Origin: Candidatus Beckwithbacteria bacterium GW2011_GWC1_49_16
GTDB taxonomy: Bacteria; Patescibacteriota; Microgenomatia; UBA1400; CG1-02-47-37
Length of the DNA stretch: 64,000 nt
Assembly: GCA_001029675.1 (NCBI GenBank)
Contig: CP011210.1
Span: 320,193-384,192, forward strand
Direction of reading: 5' to 3'
The notes beneath the pieces were generated by a model. The model did no database searches, was not told the DNA's origin, and worked only from the letters and a program-made list of their open reading frames with translations. Of the stretch, positions 38,920 through 48,504 are shown piece by piece (within the stretch, counting starts at the first letter, position 1; the number at the start of each line of letters is the position of its first letter). The position numbers and the translations under genes are program-made.

Positions 38920-39975
38920 ATGAATATTAAAGCTTGGCTCAATTTGGTGATTGCCAAGCAGGCTTCTGACCTGCATATTTTGGTGGGGGTACCGCCCCAT
39001 ATCAGGATCGACGGGAAGCTTGGCCCGGTTGAAGGCGAAGGAGTGGTCAATGAGGCTCAAGCTAAAGATTTAATTTTTCCCCTGTTAAACCCAGAGCAAA
39101 AAGACCAGCTTTTAGTCAATAAAGAAATTGACTTTTCTTTTGCTTTTGGCAATTTAGGGCGTTTCCGGGTAAACGCTTATTTTCAAAAAGGGGGCCTGTC
39201 GGCGGCGTTGCGATTGATTCCGGAGAGAATTAAAACCATCGAGGAATTAAACTTGCCCAAGATTTGCCATCAACTGGCGGAATTAAGGCAGGGTTTGGTA
39301 TTGGTGACCGGGCCGACGGGTCATGGCAAGAGCTCGACTCTGGCGGCGATTATTGAGGAGATCAACCAAAATCGGGCCGAACACGTGGTGACGATTGAGG
39401 ATCCGATTGAGTATGTTTATCAGGCGAAAAAGAGCATCATTTCCCAGCGGGAGATGCATCAGGATACTCACTCTTGGTCGGTGGCCTTAAGGTCGGTTTT
39501 AAGAGAAGACCCGGACGTGGTTTTAGTAGGAGAGATGCGGGATTACGAAACGATTGCGGCGGTTTTGACCGTAGCCGAGACGGGACACTTGGTTTTGGCG
39601 ACGCTACATACTAACAACGCCTCCCAGACGGTTGACCGGGTGGTGGATGTTTTTCCCGAACACCAGCAGGCTCAAATCAGAATGCAGCTATCTAATACCT
39701 TGGAGGCGGTGATCGCCCAGAGGCTGATCCCGGCCGTGGGCGGAGGAAGGGTGCCGGCGGTGGAAGTTTTGGTCGGGACGGCGGCGGTGAAAACTTCGAT
39801 TCGCGAAGGCAAATCGCACCTAATTAACAACGTAATTCAGACTTCGGCGGAGCTGGGAATGCAGACTCTGGAAAGAGATTTAGCCCGGTTGGTCAACAGC
39901 GGCACGGTGGAGCTTAACACTGCTCGGGGGTTTGCTTTGGCTCCCGACGAACTCAATCGGCTAGTCAAAGGCTAA
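38920..39975 (+). CDS. pilT: Type IV pilus retraction ATPase
   Basis: ASDLH, GPTGHGKSSTLA, EDPIE, LREDPD, AETGHLV.ATLHT, SIREGK. Confidence 0.93.
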   Translation: MNIKAWLNLVIAKQASDLHILVGVPPHIRIDGKLGPVEGEGVVNEAQAKDLIFPLLNPEQKDQLLVNKEIDFSFAFGNLGRFRVNAYFQKGGLSAALRLIPERIKTIEELNLPKICHQLAELRQGLVLVTGPTGHGKSSTLAAIIEEINQNRAEHVVTIEDPIEYVYQAKKSIISQREMHQDTHSWSVALRSVLREDPDVVLVGEMRDYETIAAVLTVAETGHLVLATLHTNNASQTVDRVVDVFPEHQQAQIRMQLSNTLEAVIAQRLIPAVGGGRVPAVEVLVGTAAVKTSIREGKSHLINNVIQTSAELGMQTLERDLARLVNSGTVELNTARGFALAPDELNRLVKG

Positions 39976-39982
39976 ACCAGAA

Positions 39983-41188
39983 ATGGATAAATTTGATTAT
40001 CAAGCGACCACTAAAGAAGGAAAGAAGGTAAAAGGCCAGATTGAGGCGGTAAGTGAGACTCAGGCGGCGAGCATCTTAAGAAGTAAAAAGCTTTATATCG
40101 TCAAATTAACCCGTATAGAAGTGATGCCGGGCTGGATGAAGCTTTTTTCCGGTTTTGCCCGAGTCAAGCGCGAGGACGTGGTTCATTTTACCCGCCAACT
40201 GGCGACGATGATCAATGCTGGTTTGCCTTTGACGACGTCTTTGTCGATCCTCAAATTCCAGTCGAAACTGCCGGTGGCCAAGATGGTGGATGAGATCTTG
40301 ACCGACGTTGAAGGAGGCGGGTCGTTTTACAAGTCTTTGCAAAAATATGAGAAGGTGTTTAGTCCGGTTTACCTGTCTTTGATTGAGTCGGGTGAGGCGG
40401 CGGGGGTGCTGGAGAAGGTCTTGGAGCGCCTGGCAGTCAACTTGGAAAAGCAGGCCGAGTTTAGAAGCAAGACCAAAAACGCGCTCATCTACCCGGCGAT
40501 AATTACCATTGCCATGATCGTGGTGGCAGTGATCATGATGGTGTTTGTGATTCCGAAATTAACCACCCTTTATGAAGAGTTTGACGCCGAGCTGCCGTTT
40601 ATGACCCGGGCTTTGATCGGCATATCCAATTTTGTCGCCAAGACCTGGTATCTGATGGGGTTGTTGTTGGTGGCGGGGGGGTATAGTTTTTGGCGGTGGA
40701 AAAAAACACCCTCGGGCCGGGCGACGGTGGATAAGTATGTTTTAAAAATGCCGATTATGGGGAAACTTAAAACCCGCGTGATCCTGACCGAGCTGACCAG
40801 AACTTTGGCTTTATTGATTCAGTCGGGCATCCCGATTATCGAGGCTTTAAACATCGTAGCCGGGGCGGCGGACAACGTAGTTTTCTCCCGGTCGATAAAG
40901 CAGGGGGCCAAGGAGGTGGAGAAAGGGATACCTTTGGCGGCGGCTATCGGCCGCTACGAGCACTTTCCGCCGATCGTGTCGCAAATGATTGCCGTGGGCG
41001 AGGAGACGGGTAAGATGGACGATGTTTTGTACAACCTTTCCGGCTACTTTGAGTCCGAGGCCGAGCAGGAGATCAAAGGCTTGACAACGGCGATAGAGCC
41101 ACTTATGATGATTTTATTAGGCGTGGGGGTGGCCTTTTTGGTAATTGCCATCATCCTGCCCATTTATAATTTAACCGCTCAGTTTTAG
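39983..41188 (+). CDS. pilC: Type IV pilus platform protein (GspF/PilC)
   Basis: FTRQLATMINAGLPL, GE..G, ALIYP, IEP; three TMs. Confidence 0.93.
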   Translation: MDKFDYQATTKEGKKVKGQIEAVSETQAASILRSKKLYIVKLTRIEVMPGWMKLFSGFARVKREDVVHFTRQLATMINAGLPLTTSLSILKFQSKLPVAKMVDEILTDVEGGGSFYKSLQKYEKVFSPVYLSLIESGEAAGVLEKVLERLAVNLEKQAEFRSKTKNALIYPAIITIAMIVVAVIMMVFVIPKLTTLYEEFDAELPFMTRALIGISNFVAKTWYLMGLLLVAGGYSFWRWKKTPSGRATVDKYVLKMPIMGKLKTRVILTELTRTLALLIQSGIPIIEALNIVAGAADNVVFSRSIKQGAKEVEKGIPLAAAIGRYEHFPPIVSQMIAVGEETGKMDDVLYNLSGYFESEAEQEIKGLTTAIEPLMMILLGVGVAFLVIAIILPIYNLTAQF

Positions 41189-41195
41189 GAGGGTG

Positions 41196-41858
41196 ATGAA
41201 AAAAGGCTTTACCTTGATCGAACTTTTGGTAGTAATTACTTTGATTGGGATTTTGGCGGTAGCGGTGCTTTCTGCCTTAAATCCGATCGAGCAGATCAAC
41301 AAAGCCAGAGACGCCAGCAAAAGAGCCGATGCTTCCCAACTACTGGCGGCGATGGACCGCTACTTTGCTTCTAACGAAAAGTTTCCCTGGAATAACTTTA
41401 CCGGAACGAGCGAAGACTATACTACGAGCGTCGATTTGGCTTTTGCCGGTACGGCCGACCTTTTGGGGGTAGGCGTTTGCGGCGACGGGACGACCACCGA
41501 CGCCAATTCGTCCGGGGCTGGGGCAGGAGGCTGTGATAGCCTGTCCACTACTCCGGGATATCTCATTTCGAGTCAAGAATTAAAGTCTCAATTTGGCAAG
41601 CGCGACTATTTCGACGCCACTACGGTGGCGGCTGATCTTTTGTATGTTTATAAGGCGGTCAACGACCCGTCGGTATCGATTTGCTTTATCCCCTCCTCCA
41701 AGGCCACCAGAGACACCTGGGAGGCTGCCGACACGGCCTTGAAGGATTTGGCGGTGACGGGCGGGATTCCGACCCAGGTGGCGGTGTGTGATAGCGCTAC
41801 TGAACCAGATTGGTCTGATATCACCGACGCCTGTTTTGTGTGTATTCCCGAAGAGTAA
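41196..41858 (+). CDS. Type IV pilin (probable major pilin)
   Basis: KKG/FTLIELLVVI class III signal; preceded by an AGGAGG SD; Cys pairs. Confidence 0.85.
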   Translation: MKKGFTLIELLVVITLIGILAVAVLSALNPIEQINKARDASKRADASQLLAAMDRYFASNEKFPWNNFTGTSEDYTTSVDLAFAGTADLLGVGVCGDGTTTDANSSGAGAGGCDSLSTTPGYLISSQELKSQFGKRDYFDATTVAADLLYVYKAVNDPSVSICFIPSSKATRDTWEAADTALKDLAVTGGIPTQVAVCDSATEPDWSDITDACFVCIPEE

Positions 41859-41871
41859 ACCTCGCTAGCCT

Positions 41872-42648
41872 ATGATTTATGGGTGGCTTTTTTTGTTGGG
41901 GCTTACTGTTGGCAGCTTTCTTAACGTCGTTATTTTCCGGCTCCGGTTTGGCGACTCGCCTTTTCGCGGCCGGTCTTATTGTGACCATTGTCATAAAAAA
42001 ATTCCCTGGTATGACAACATTCCCCTCCTCTCTTTTGTTCTTTTAGGCGGCAAGTGCCGGAATTGTCAAAAGAAAATCTCGGCCGCTTACCCGGCGATAG
42101 AGTTTTTGGTGGGGCTGGAGTTTGTTTGGGTTTATTGGCTACTGACTACCAACTTTAATTTTTTTGGCCAGGTGGAAGGATTTTATAGCTTGGGATTACT
42201 TGCCTACTGGTTGATACTTTTTTCCGGTCTTATCGCCATGGCGGTTTATGACTTAAAGTATATGATCATTCCGGACGAGATCTTGTGGCCGGTGACACTG
42301 GTCGCCTTTTTACGCTTGTTTTTTTCTCATCAGTGGCAGGTGGTGCCGGCGGGGCTGGTCAGCAGCGCTTTTTTGGGGGCTTTGTATCTTATTACCCGGG
42401 GCCGGGGCATGGGCCTAGGAGACGTCAAGCTGGCGTTTTTGATGGGGCTGGTTTTGGGCTGGCCTTTGGTAGCTTTGGCTTACTTTGTGGCTTTCTTGAC
42501 AGGGGCAGCGGCGGGTGTAATACTGATTATAACAGGCAAGAAAAAGCTTAAATCAAAAATTGCCTTTGGGCCGTTTTTGATTTTGGGCACGATTATCGCC
42601 AAGCTTTGGGGCCTGAATATCATTAAGTGGTACATCGGCTTTTTATGA
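41872..42648 (+). CDS. pilD: Prepilin peptidase
   Basis: GSFLNV, RSYCDHC, GKCRNC, YD, GMGLGDVKL, FGPFL. Confidence 0.95.
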   Translation: MIYGWLFLLGLTVGSFLNVVIFRLRFGDSPFRGRSYCDHCHKKIPWYDNIPLLSFVLLGGKCRNCQKKISAAYPAIEFLVGLEFVWVYWLLTTNFNFFGQVEGFYSLGLLAYWLILFSGLIAMAVYDLKYMIIPDEILWPVTLVAFLRLFFSHQWQVVPAGLVSSAFLGALYLITRGRGMGLGDVKLAFLMGLVLGWPLVALAYFVAFLTGAAAGVILIITGKKKLKSKIAFGPFLILGTIIAKLWGLNIIKWYIGFL

Positions 42649-43085
42649 AAAAAGGCTTCACCTTGCTTGAGCTTTTGGTAACTATTTCGATCATCGGCAT
42701 TTTACTGGCAGTCGGGTCGGTGAGTTTCACCACGGCGCAAAAACGGGGCCGGGATTCAAGAAGAGAGGCGGACATGAAAGGGATTGGCCAGGCCCTGGAG
42801 CAGTGTTATGCGGTGGACAGCGAGTACCCGGCGGTTTCTTTTGGCAGTTCTCTTGATTGTGGAGGGGGGCAAACGACCATGGAGCTAGTGCCAGAGGATC
42901 CCCTCCCCTCGCAAAGCTACACTTATACTCCCGACGGGGCAACTATTTTAAGTTACTGCCTCTGTGCCGAGTTGGAAACTGTCGACAGCGGCAACGCTTA
43001 TAGCGACGGCTCCGCTGGCGGCGGGGATTGCAGTTTTTCCGGCTCGGGGACTAAAGATTACTTTTGTGTTAGTAACCAACAATGA
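42645..43085 (+). CDS. Type IV pilin / pseudopilin
   Basis: MKKG/FTLLELLV, GRDSRR.AD, P.DP. Confidence 0.85.
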   Translation: MKKGFTLLELLVTISIIGILLAVGSVSFTTAQKRGRDSRREADMKGIGQALEQCYAVDSEYPAVSFGSSLDCGGGQTTMELVPEDPLPSQSYTYTPDGATILSYCLCAELETVDSGNAYSDGSAGGGDCSFSGSGTKDYFCVSNQQ

Positions 43086-43513
43086 AGAAAAATAGTTTAC
43101 CCCGAGCTAGTCGAGGGGGCTTCACTTTTATCGAAATTTTGGTGGTAACGACGATCATCGCGGTGTTGATGGCGGTGGGGGCGGTCAACTTCAGGACCGC
43201 CAACCAGAAGGCCAGAGACGGCAAGCGCCAGGGAGACTTGGAGGAGGTGAGAGCCGCCTTGGAACTTTATCGCACCGAAGTCGGCTCTTACCCTTTAAGC
43301 TTAACCTTTGGCGGCAGTTTGAGCCAGGGGGGCACGACCTATATGGAAGAGGTGCCCAACGACCCGTTGGATGATTATACTTATTATTATTCTTCTGACG
43401 GGGCAAGCTATGGCCTGTGCGCCTCACTTGAACTTGACACTACGGGCACGTGTGCCGGCGCCAGTTGTGGAACGGGGATAACGTGTAATTACCAGGTAGA
43501 AAATCCCTTGTAG
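43082..43513 (+). CDS. Type IV pilin / GspG-like pseudopilin
   Basis: G/FTFIEILVV, ARDGKR.GDL...ALELY, P.DP. Confidence 0.85.
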   Translation: MKKNSLPRASRGGFTFIEILVVTTIIAVLMAVGAVNFRTANQKARDGKRQGDLEEVRAALELYRTEVGSYPLSLTFGGSLSQGGTTYMEEVPNDPLDDYTYYYSSDGASYGLCASLELDTTGTCAGASCGTGITCNYQVENPL

Positions 43514-43517
43514 CCTA

Positions 43518-43997
43518 ATGCCTGCCCAAAATAAATTTCTCGGTTTTACTTTGATAGAGCTTTTGGTGGCGGTGGCGATCGGGGCGATATTGACTTCAGT
43601 GTCTCTGGCCGCCTTTAGGGGTTACGGCGACAGAGAACAGTTGAGGCAGGCCGGGAGTACACTGGTGACCAACTTGCGCTCGGTCCAACAGAAGTCTTTG
43701 GCGGGAGAAAAGCCGGCCGCTTGTGACGCCGACGACAAGCTTGCCGGATACAAAGTCAGCTACGTTGACGAATCAAGCTATCAAATAGAGGCAGAGTGTT
43801 TGGTAGGGACGCCGGAGGCCAAGGCGATGACTCTTCCCGACCGAGTGACCTTTAGCGGCAGTTTCAGTCAGTTTTCTTTTCCGGTGTTAAAAAGCGGCGT
43901 ATCTGGGGCGCCGGTGACTATCAGTTTGACCGCTGGGGCTAATACCTATCAGGTGACGGTGGACACCAGCGGTTTGATTCGCGGAGAGATGCTGTGA
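43518..43997 (+). CDS. Minor pilin (FimT/GspH-like)
   Basis: G/FTLIELLVAVAI. Confidence 0.8.
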   Translation: MPAQNKFLGFTLIELLVAVAIGAILTSVSLAAFRGYGDREQLRQAGSTLVTNLRSVQQKSLAGEKPAACDADDKLAGYKVSYVDESSYQIEAECLVGTPEAKAMTLPDRVTFSGSFSQFSFPVLKSGVSGAPVTISLTAGANTYQVTVDTSGLIRGEML

Positions 43998-44440
43998 AAA
44001 AGACAAGTGCCGGACAATCGTTGGTGGAAGTGGTGGTGGCTATCGGGGTGATGAGTTTGTTACTCATGGCCTTACTCGCCTTGGTGAGTCTGTCGGTGAA
44101 AAACAGCCGGGTGGCAAGGGACAGGAGCAAGGCGGTGGCTTTAGCCCAGCAAGGGGTAGAGTTGATGAGGACCTATCGAGATTACAGCTACACTTTACTG
44201 GCCGCGGCGGCCGGAGAAACTTACGTACTTGCCGCCAACTGGGCGGTGGAGGATGGTTTGGTGACTGCCGGTTGCGACGAGACAAGTTTTATGGACGAAA
44301 CCGATTACTTTAGTCGTTGTGTTAGGGTAATTATGGTGGAACCAAGCCAGGTAGAGGTGGCGGTGACGGTTTATTGGCAGGAAGGTAATAAGCTTAACGC
44401 AACGGAGCAAACTACCAGGTTATCCTCGTGGCAGATATGA
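43994..44440 (+). CDS. Minor pilin (PilV-like)
   Basis: G/QSLVEVVVAIG, A..LAQQGVE, V.V.V.W. Confidence 0.8.
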   Translation: MKKTSAGQSLVEVVVAIGVMSLLLMALLALVSLSVKNSRVARDRSKAVALAQQGVELMRTYRDYSYTLLAAAAGETYVLAANWAVEDGLVTAGCDETSFMDETDYFSRCVRVIMVEPSQVEVAVTVYWQEGNKLNATEQTTRLSSWQI

Positions 44441-44925
44441 GGAGTAAAGGCTTCACTCTGATTGAAGTGTTGACGGTGTCGGGAATCATGGCCCTGTTTT
44501 CCTTGACGATAATCAGCGTTTTTTTGGCTTCGGTCAGGGGCGGGACTAAAGCAAGAGTGGTTCAGAGGGTGAGGCAAAACGGCGATTTTGCCCAGGAAAC
44601 GATGGCCCGGATGGTGCGGGCGGCAGAGACGGTTACTTGCGGGGCGGGCAGCTTGACTTTGGAAAACCCAGACGGGGGTGAAAGCGTTTTTTCGCAAGTT
44701 AGCGACGGCGGGGTAAACCGGGTGGCTTCAAACAGCAGCCAGTTTTTGACCGCTTCGACTATGGAGGCCTCGGGGCTGACGTTTGCTTGTTATCAAGGGG
44801 AGTTAGGCAACCAAGTGGTGACGATTAATTTTACTCTGGCGATTGGGACCGAGGCGGGAGCCCAGGTTCAAGAAAAAGCCAGCCAAACATTTACTACCTC
44901 GGTAGCCACTCGGCAGTACAAATGA
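44437..44925 (+). CDS. Minor pilin (PilW/GspJ-like)
   Basis: KG/FTLIEVL; C-terminal FTTSVATR. Confidence 0.8.
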   Translation: MRSKGFTLIEVLTVSGIMALFSLTIISVFLASVRGGTKARVVQRVRQNGDFAQETMARMVRAAETVTCGAGSLTLENPDGGESVFSQVSDGGVNRVASNSSQFLTASTMEASGLTFACYQGELGNQVVTINFTLAIGTEAGAQVQEKASQTFTTSVATRQYK

Positions 44926-44937
44926 TAGAATAATTTT

Positions 44938-45726
44938 ATGAAGAACTCAGGTCAAGCCCTTCGGAACTCAGGCCAAGCCGTTTTGTTGGTGTTGGTGGTA
45001 GTGGCGGTGGCCTTGGCTTTCGGCTTGTCGATTATTTCCCAATCGAATACCGAACTGAAAATTTCCTTTCAGGATCAAGAAGCAGCCAGGGCTTTTAACG
45101 CGGCCGAAGCCGGAATAGAAGAAGCTTTAAAAAATATTGCCGTGGGTGACTATAGCTTAAACGTTGATGACCTGAATGTGAATTACTCGGTCGCTTCCCA
45201 GTCGACGCTTGAAGGGGTGTTTGCCGAAAACGAGTCGGCTCAAGTGTCGCTTTCCGGAGCCTCCGGAGGGCTGACTCAATTGACGGTGGAGTGGGTCGAC
45301 AGCGACAGTAGTTTAGAAAACCCCGGCAGTTGTCTAAACCAAAGCGGTGGGGCGCCGGCGAGCCTGGAGATTACTCTTACCGATTCTGCCAACCAGATCA
45401 GGCGTTTGGGCTATAACGCCTGCGATCTTAGCGCGGAAAACAATTTAACTAATGTGACTGATTCAGGGTCGGGAAATTACCTTCGGCAAGTAAGTTTTGC
45501 CGTCGACGGCGGGACAGATATTTTGGTGAGAATTAGGCCGCTTTACAACCAGACAAGCTTGCGCATTTTTGGTAATGTAGATTTGCCTACCCAGGCTTAT
45601 AAAATTGATTCTGAAGCGCAGGCGCCGACTCTGGAGGCCAGAGCAATTAAGGTGACTCGAACCGAGCCGGCCACACCAGCCATATTCGATTATGTCTTGT
45701 TCTCCGGTTCAAGTATTAGTAAATAA
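44938..45726 (+). CDS. Minor pilin (PilX-like, no Glu5)
   Basis: SG/QAVLLVLVV, RAFNAAEAGIEEAL. Confidence 0.78.
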   Translation: MKNSGQALRNSGQAVLLVLVVVAVALAFGLSIISQSNTELKISFQDQEAARAFNAAEAGIEEALKNIAVGDYSLNVDDLNVNYSVASQSTLEGVFAENESAQVSLSGASGGLTQLTVEWVDSDSSLENPGSCLNQSGGAPASLEITLTDSANQIRRLGYNACDLSAENNLTNVTDSGSGNYLRQVSFAVDGGTDILVRIRPLYNQTSLRIFGNVDLPTQAYKIDSEAQAPTLEARAIKVTRTEPATPAIFDYVLFSGSSISK

Positions 45727-45738
45727 GAAGGCCTGCCC

Positions 45739-46734
45739 ATGCATAACTTTTTTGGTTTAGACTTGGGAACGTCGGAGGTCAGGGTGCTCCAGGCAGAAAA
45801 GGAGAAAACCGGCTTTAAAATCAAACATTTTGCCAGAACGGGGGTGTCTTCCGGGGTCGAGCCGGAGGCGATCAAGGCGGCGATGAAAGAGGCGAAGATA
45901 AAAGGCAGTGTCGAAGTCAACGTGGCTTTGCCGGAGAGTGATGTTTATGCCAGGATTATTACTACGCCCAAGCTGTCGACGACGGAGCTGTCCAGCTCGA
46001 TCCAATTTGAGGCGGAGCAGTATGTGCCGGTGCCTTTGGAAGAAGTAGAGCTTTACCACCAGATAATTTCGGGCGGCGATGAGCCAGATCAGACCAGCAT
46101 GGACGTACTTTTAATCGCGGTCACCAAAACCAGGTTAAAGCAATTGACCAGCCTGCTTGACGTTGCCGGTTTGATTCCCAGAAGCCTGGAGACGGAGCTT
46201 TTTTCCCTGCACCGGGTGGTGGGCAACCCAGGAAAAAGCCAATTGGTGGTGTCTTTTGGATACAAGACGACTGACATGATGGTTTTAAACAAAAGCCGGC
46301 CGGTGTTTTTACACTCTTTTTCCAGTGGCGGTTTGGCCCTGACCCGCGCCTTGGTGAATGAATTATCTTTGAGTGACGAGCAGGCGGAGCAATATAAAAG
46401 AACTTATGGTTTAAGAGAAGAGCTTTTGGAAGGCAAGGTAGCCAAAGCCTTGGTTCCTTTGATCGATGAGGTGGTGACCCAAATTAACAAAGCTTTGGTT
46501 TACGTCCAGCAGCAGGGTAAGTATAGTCAACCCGAGCAGGTGGTAATGGCCGGGGGTGGAGCCTTATTGCCTGGACTCACCGGTTATCTGGTAGAAAAGC
46601 TCAATCTTGAAGTAGTGGTGGCTGATCCGTTTATCGGTTTTGTCAAGGATGATGATTTTAGCAAGCTGGTTACCTCTGAAGCCAACCCGGACCTGGCGAC
46701 GGTGGTGGGTTTGGCCATCAAGGGTTTGGTATGA
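45739..46734 (+). CDS. pilM: Type IV pilus assembly protein PilM
   Basis: GLDLGTS actin-like motif, FEAEQYVP, GGGA.LPGL, VGLA. Confidence 0.9.
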   Translation: MHNFFGLDLGTSEVRVLQAEKEKTGFKIKHFARTGVSSGVEPEAIKAAMKEAKIKGSVEVNVALPESDVYARIITTPKLSTTELSSSIQFEAEQYVPVPLEEVELYHQIISGGDEPDQTSMDVLLIAVTKTRLKQLTSLLDVAGLIPRSLETELFSLHRVVGNPGKSQLVVSFGYKTTDMMVLNKSRPVFLHSFSSGGLALTRALVNELSLSDEQAEQYKRTYGLREELLEGKVAKALVPLIDEVVTQINKALVYVQQQGKYSQPEQVVMAGGGALLPGLTGYLVEKLNLEVVVADPFIGFVKDDDFSKLVTSEANPDLATVVGLAIKGLV

Positions 46735-47285
46735 GCGCGGAGATAAACCTATTTCCCCGGTTTATCGCCCGCGTTCGCCGGAGTCAGCGGTGGAAGTATT
46801 TTACTTGGGAAAGCTTAATATTTTTAGTGGCGGTTTTAGGAGGGACGATGATTGGTTTATCGAGCTACTCGATTTATCTAAATCGGCTCAACACCAAATT
46901 AGACCAGCAAGTTAAAAAGGTAACGTCCCAAATTGAGGATTTGCGGGAGATTGAGACCAAGCAGGTGTATCTTTTGGGAAAGCTAGAGTCGTTTGAGGGG
47001 TTGCTTTTAACCCACGAACGCCACCAGGCAATTACCGAAACGGTGTTTGCGATTTTACCTGACGGGACTTCGCTTAAAGGTTTTGAGGTGGATGAGGGCG
47101 GGGTGATTAACTTGAACGGGTCGGTGCCGGACTTTTTTGTCTTAAATCAACTTTTTGATCGAGTGAGACAGGGAAGGGATTACCGGTTGCCGATCGTGTC
47201 GGCGACGATAGCCCAAGTGAGTTTCGGAGAAGATGGTGAGGTTAATTTTAAGTTGGCGTTAAATTTAGGGGGTGGAGGAAAATAG
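46731..47285 (+). CDS. pilN: PilN-like protein
   Basis: INL.P N-terminal motif, TM, coiled coil; follows pilM. Confidence 0.75.
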   Translation: MSAEINLFPRFIARVRRSQRWKYFTWESLIFLVAVLGGTMIGLSSYSIYLNRLNTKLDQQVKKVTSQIEDLREIETKQVYLLGKLESFEGLLLTHERHQAITETVFAILPDGTSLKGFEVDEGGVINLNGSVPDFFVLNQLFDRVRQGRDYRLPIVSATIAQVSFGEDGEVNFKLALNLGGGGK

Positions 47286-47288
47286 CCA

Positions 47289-48026
47289 ATGGTTTCACCG
47301 GTGGGTAAACTCGGCCAGGTAATTTTAAAAGAAAAGCAGCTTTGGGCGGCGGCGGCGATGGTGGTGGTGCTTTTAATCTTGGTGTTTGGGCCGGCGGTAT
47401 CGCAAGTGAAGAAGAACCGGGCCACCAGAGACAAGCTGTCCGAGAGGTTAGCGGTGTTGGAGGAAAAACTGGCAGTGTTGTCGGGAGTGGATCCGCTACT
47501 GGTGGACGAGAGGGTAAAAAGGATGGAGAGGGTGTTTCCTTCAAAAAAACCGGTAGTGGAACTCATTTCTACCCTATCGCAGTTGGCAGGCAAGCATAAT
47601 TTAGCTTTTGGCGGAGTCAGCTTGAAGCCGGGGTCGCTTCAGGGTGAGGGCGAAGCGTCAAAGGCCAAGGCGGAAGACTTGGCTGATTTGAGGTTTGGTT
47701 TTGAGGTGGGAGGGACTTTTGACGGCATTTCGAACTTTTTAAAAGAACTCGAAAGCGTGGCGCCGTTGATGAAGGTAGAGGGGGTAGGGTTGACGATTAA
47801 AACCGATCCGGTAGTCAAACGCCAGGTGGTGGCGGTCGAAGCCGCGATCGAGGTTTCGGCTTTTTATCAGGCGCCGCCTGAATCTTTGGGTTCGATTTTG
47901 ACGCCGGTGTCTTTACTTTCGGTCAGAGACGAGGCGTTCCTTAACCGGTTGTTTAACTTTACTAGCTTTGAGACGGTTCTGCCGGTGGCGCAGACGGGAA
48001 AGACTGATCTGTTTGCGGCTCCGTAA
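47289..48026 (+). CDS. pilO: PilO-like protein
   Basis: TM, coiled coil, V.G.F..I.NFL.ELE; follows pilN. Confidence 0.72.
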   Translation: MVSPVGKLGQVILKEKQLWAAAAMVVVLLILVFGPAVSQVKKNRATRDKLSERLAVLEEKLAVLSGVDPLLVDERVKRMERVFPSKKPVVELISTLSQLAGKHNLAFGGVSLKPGSLQGEGEASKAKAEDLADLRFGFEVGGTFDGISNFLKELESVAPLMKVEGVGLTIKTDPVVKRQVVAVEAAIEVSAFYQAPPESLGSILTPVSLLSVRDEAFLNRLFNFTSFETVLPVAQTGKTDLFAAP

Positions 48027-48249
48027 GGATAACTTTGACTTTTTGGCCGGTTTTGACGCCTTTGACTTTGGCCAGGGTTCTGATAGCGGAGATGATTTTA
48101 CCGCCTTTGCCGATGATTTTACCCATGTCTTCGTCGGCGACGCTGACGTTGACGGTAATCAGGTTGGTGTCGTCGGTAGTTTCGTCTACGGCCACTTGAT
48201 CGGGGTGGTCGACCAGAGCGGTGACTAAGAATTTAACTAGATTTTGCAT
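47962..48249 (-). CDS. khpA: KH-domain RNA-binding protein KhpA
   Basis: LVDHPD.V, DMGKIIGKGG..I.AIRT; downstream of rpsP. Confidence 0.9.
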   Translation of the reverse strand: MQNLVKFLVTALVDHPDQVAVDETTDDTNLITVNVSVADEDMGKIIGKGGKIISAIRTLAKVKGVKTGQKVKVILTEPQTDQSFPSAPPAEPSQS

Positions 48250-48475
48250 GGAAGTTTAAAAGGCGTTTGACGGTGGGGGTGGCTTTGGCGCCGCGGGCGA
48301 GCCAAAAATCCAGCCTTTTTTGGTCAAGCTTGAAGGTTTTGGGTGTGGTGGTGGGGTTATAGACTCCTAATTCTTCGACAAACTTCCCGTCTCGTTTGGA
48401 GCGGGCTTCGTTGACGACGATTTTGTAGTGGGGCAGATTTTTTTTGCCCGCCCTTGACAATTTTATTTTGAGCAT
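48233..48475 (-). CDS. rpsP: 30S ribosomal protein S16
   Basis: MLKIKL.R.GKK..P.Y.IVV...RSKRDG..VE.LG.YNP, GAKAT.TV. Confidence 0.96.
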   Translation of the reverse strand: MLKIKLSRAGKKNLPHYKIVVNEARSKRDGKFVEELGVYNPTTTPKTFKLDQKRLDFWLARGAKATPTVKRLLNFHAKSS

Positions 48476-48504
48476 ATTATTTCATTCGAGAATCAATCAT
48501 CATA

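Noticed and set aside
37184-48026. Type II secretion system
   Set aside because: PilT and PilMNO are present and no secretin is encoded in the locus; this is a type IV pilus cluster of the kind typical of CPR
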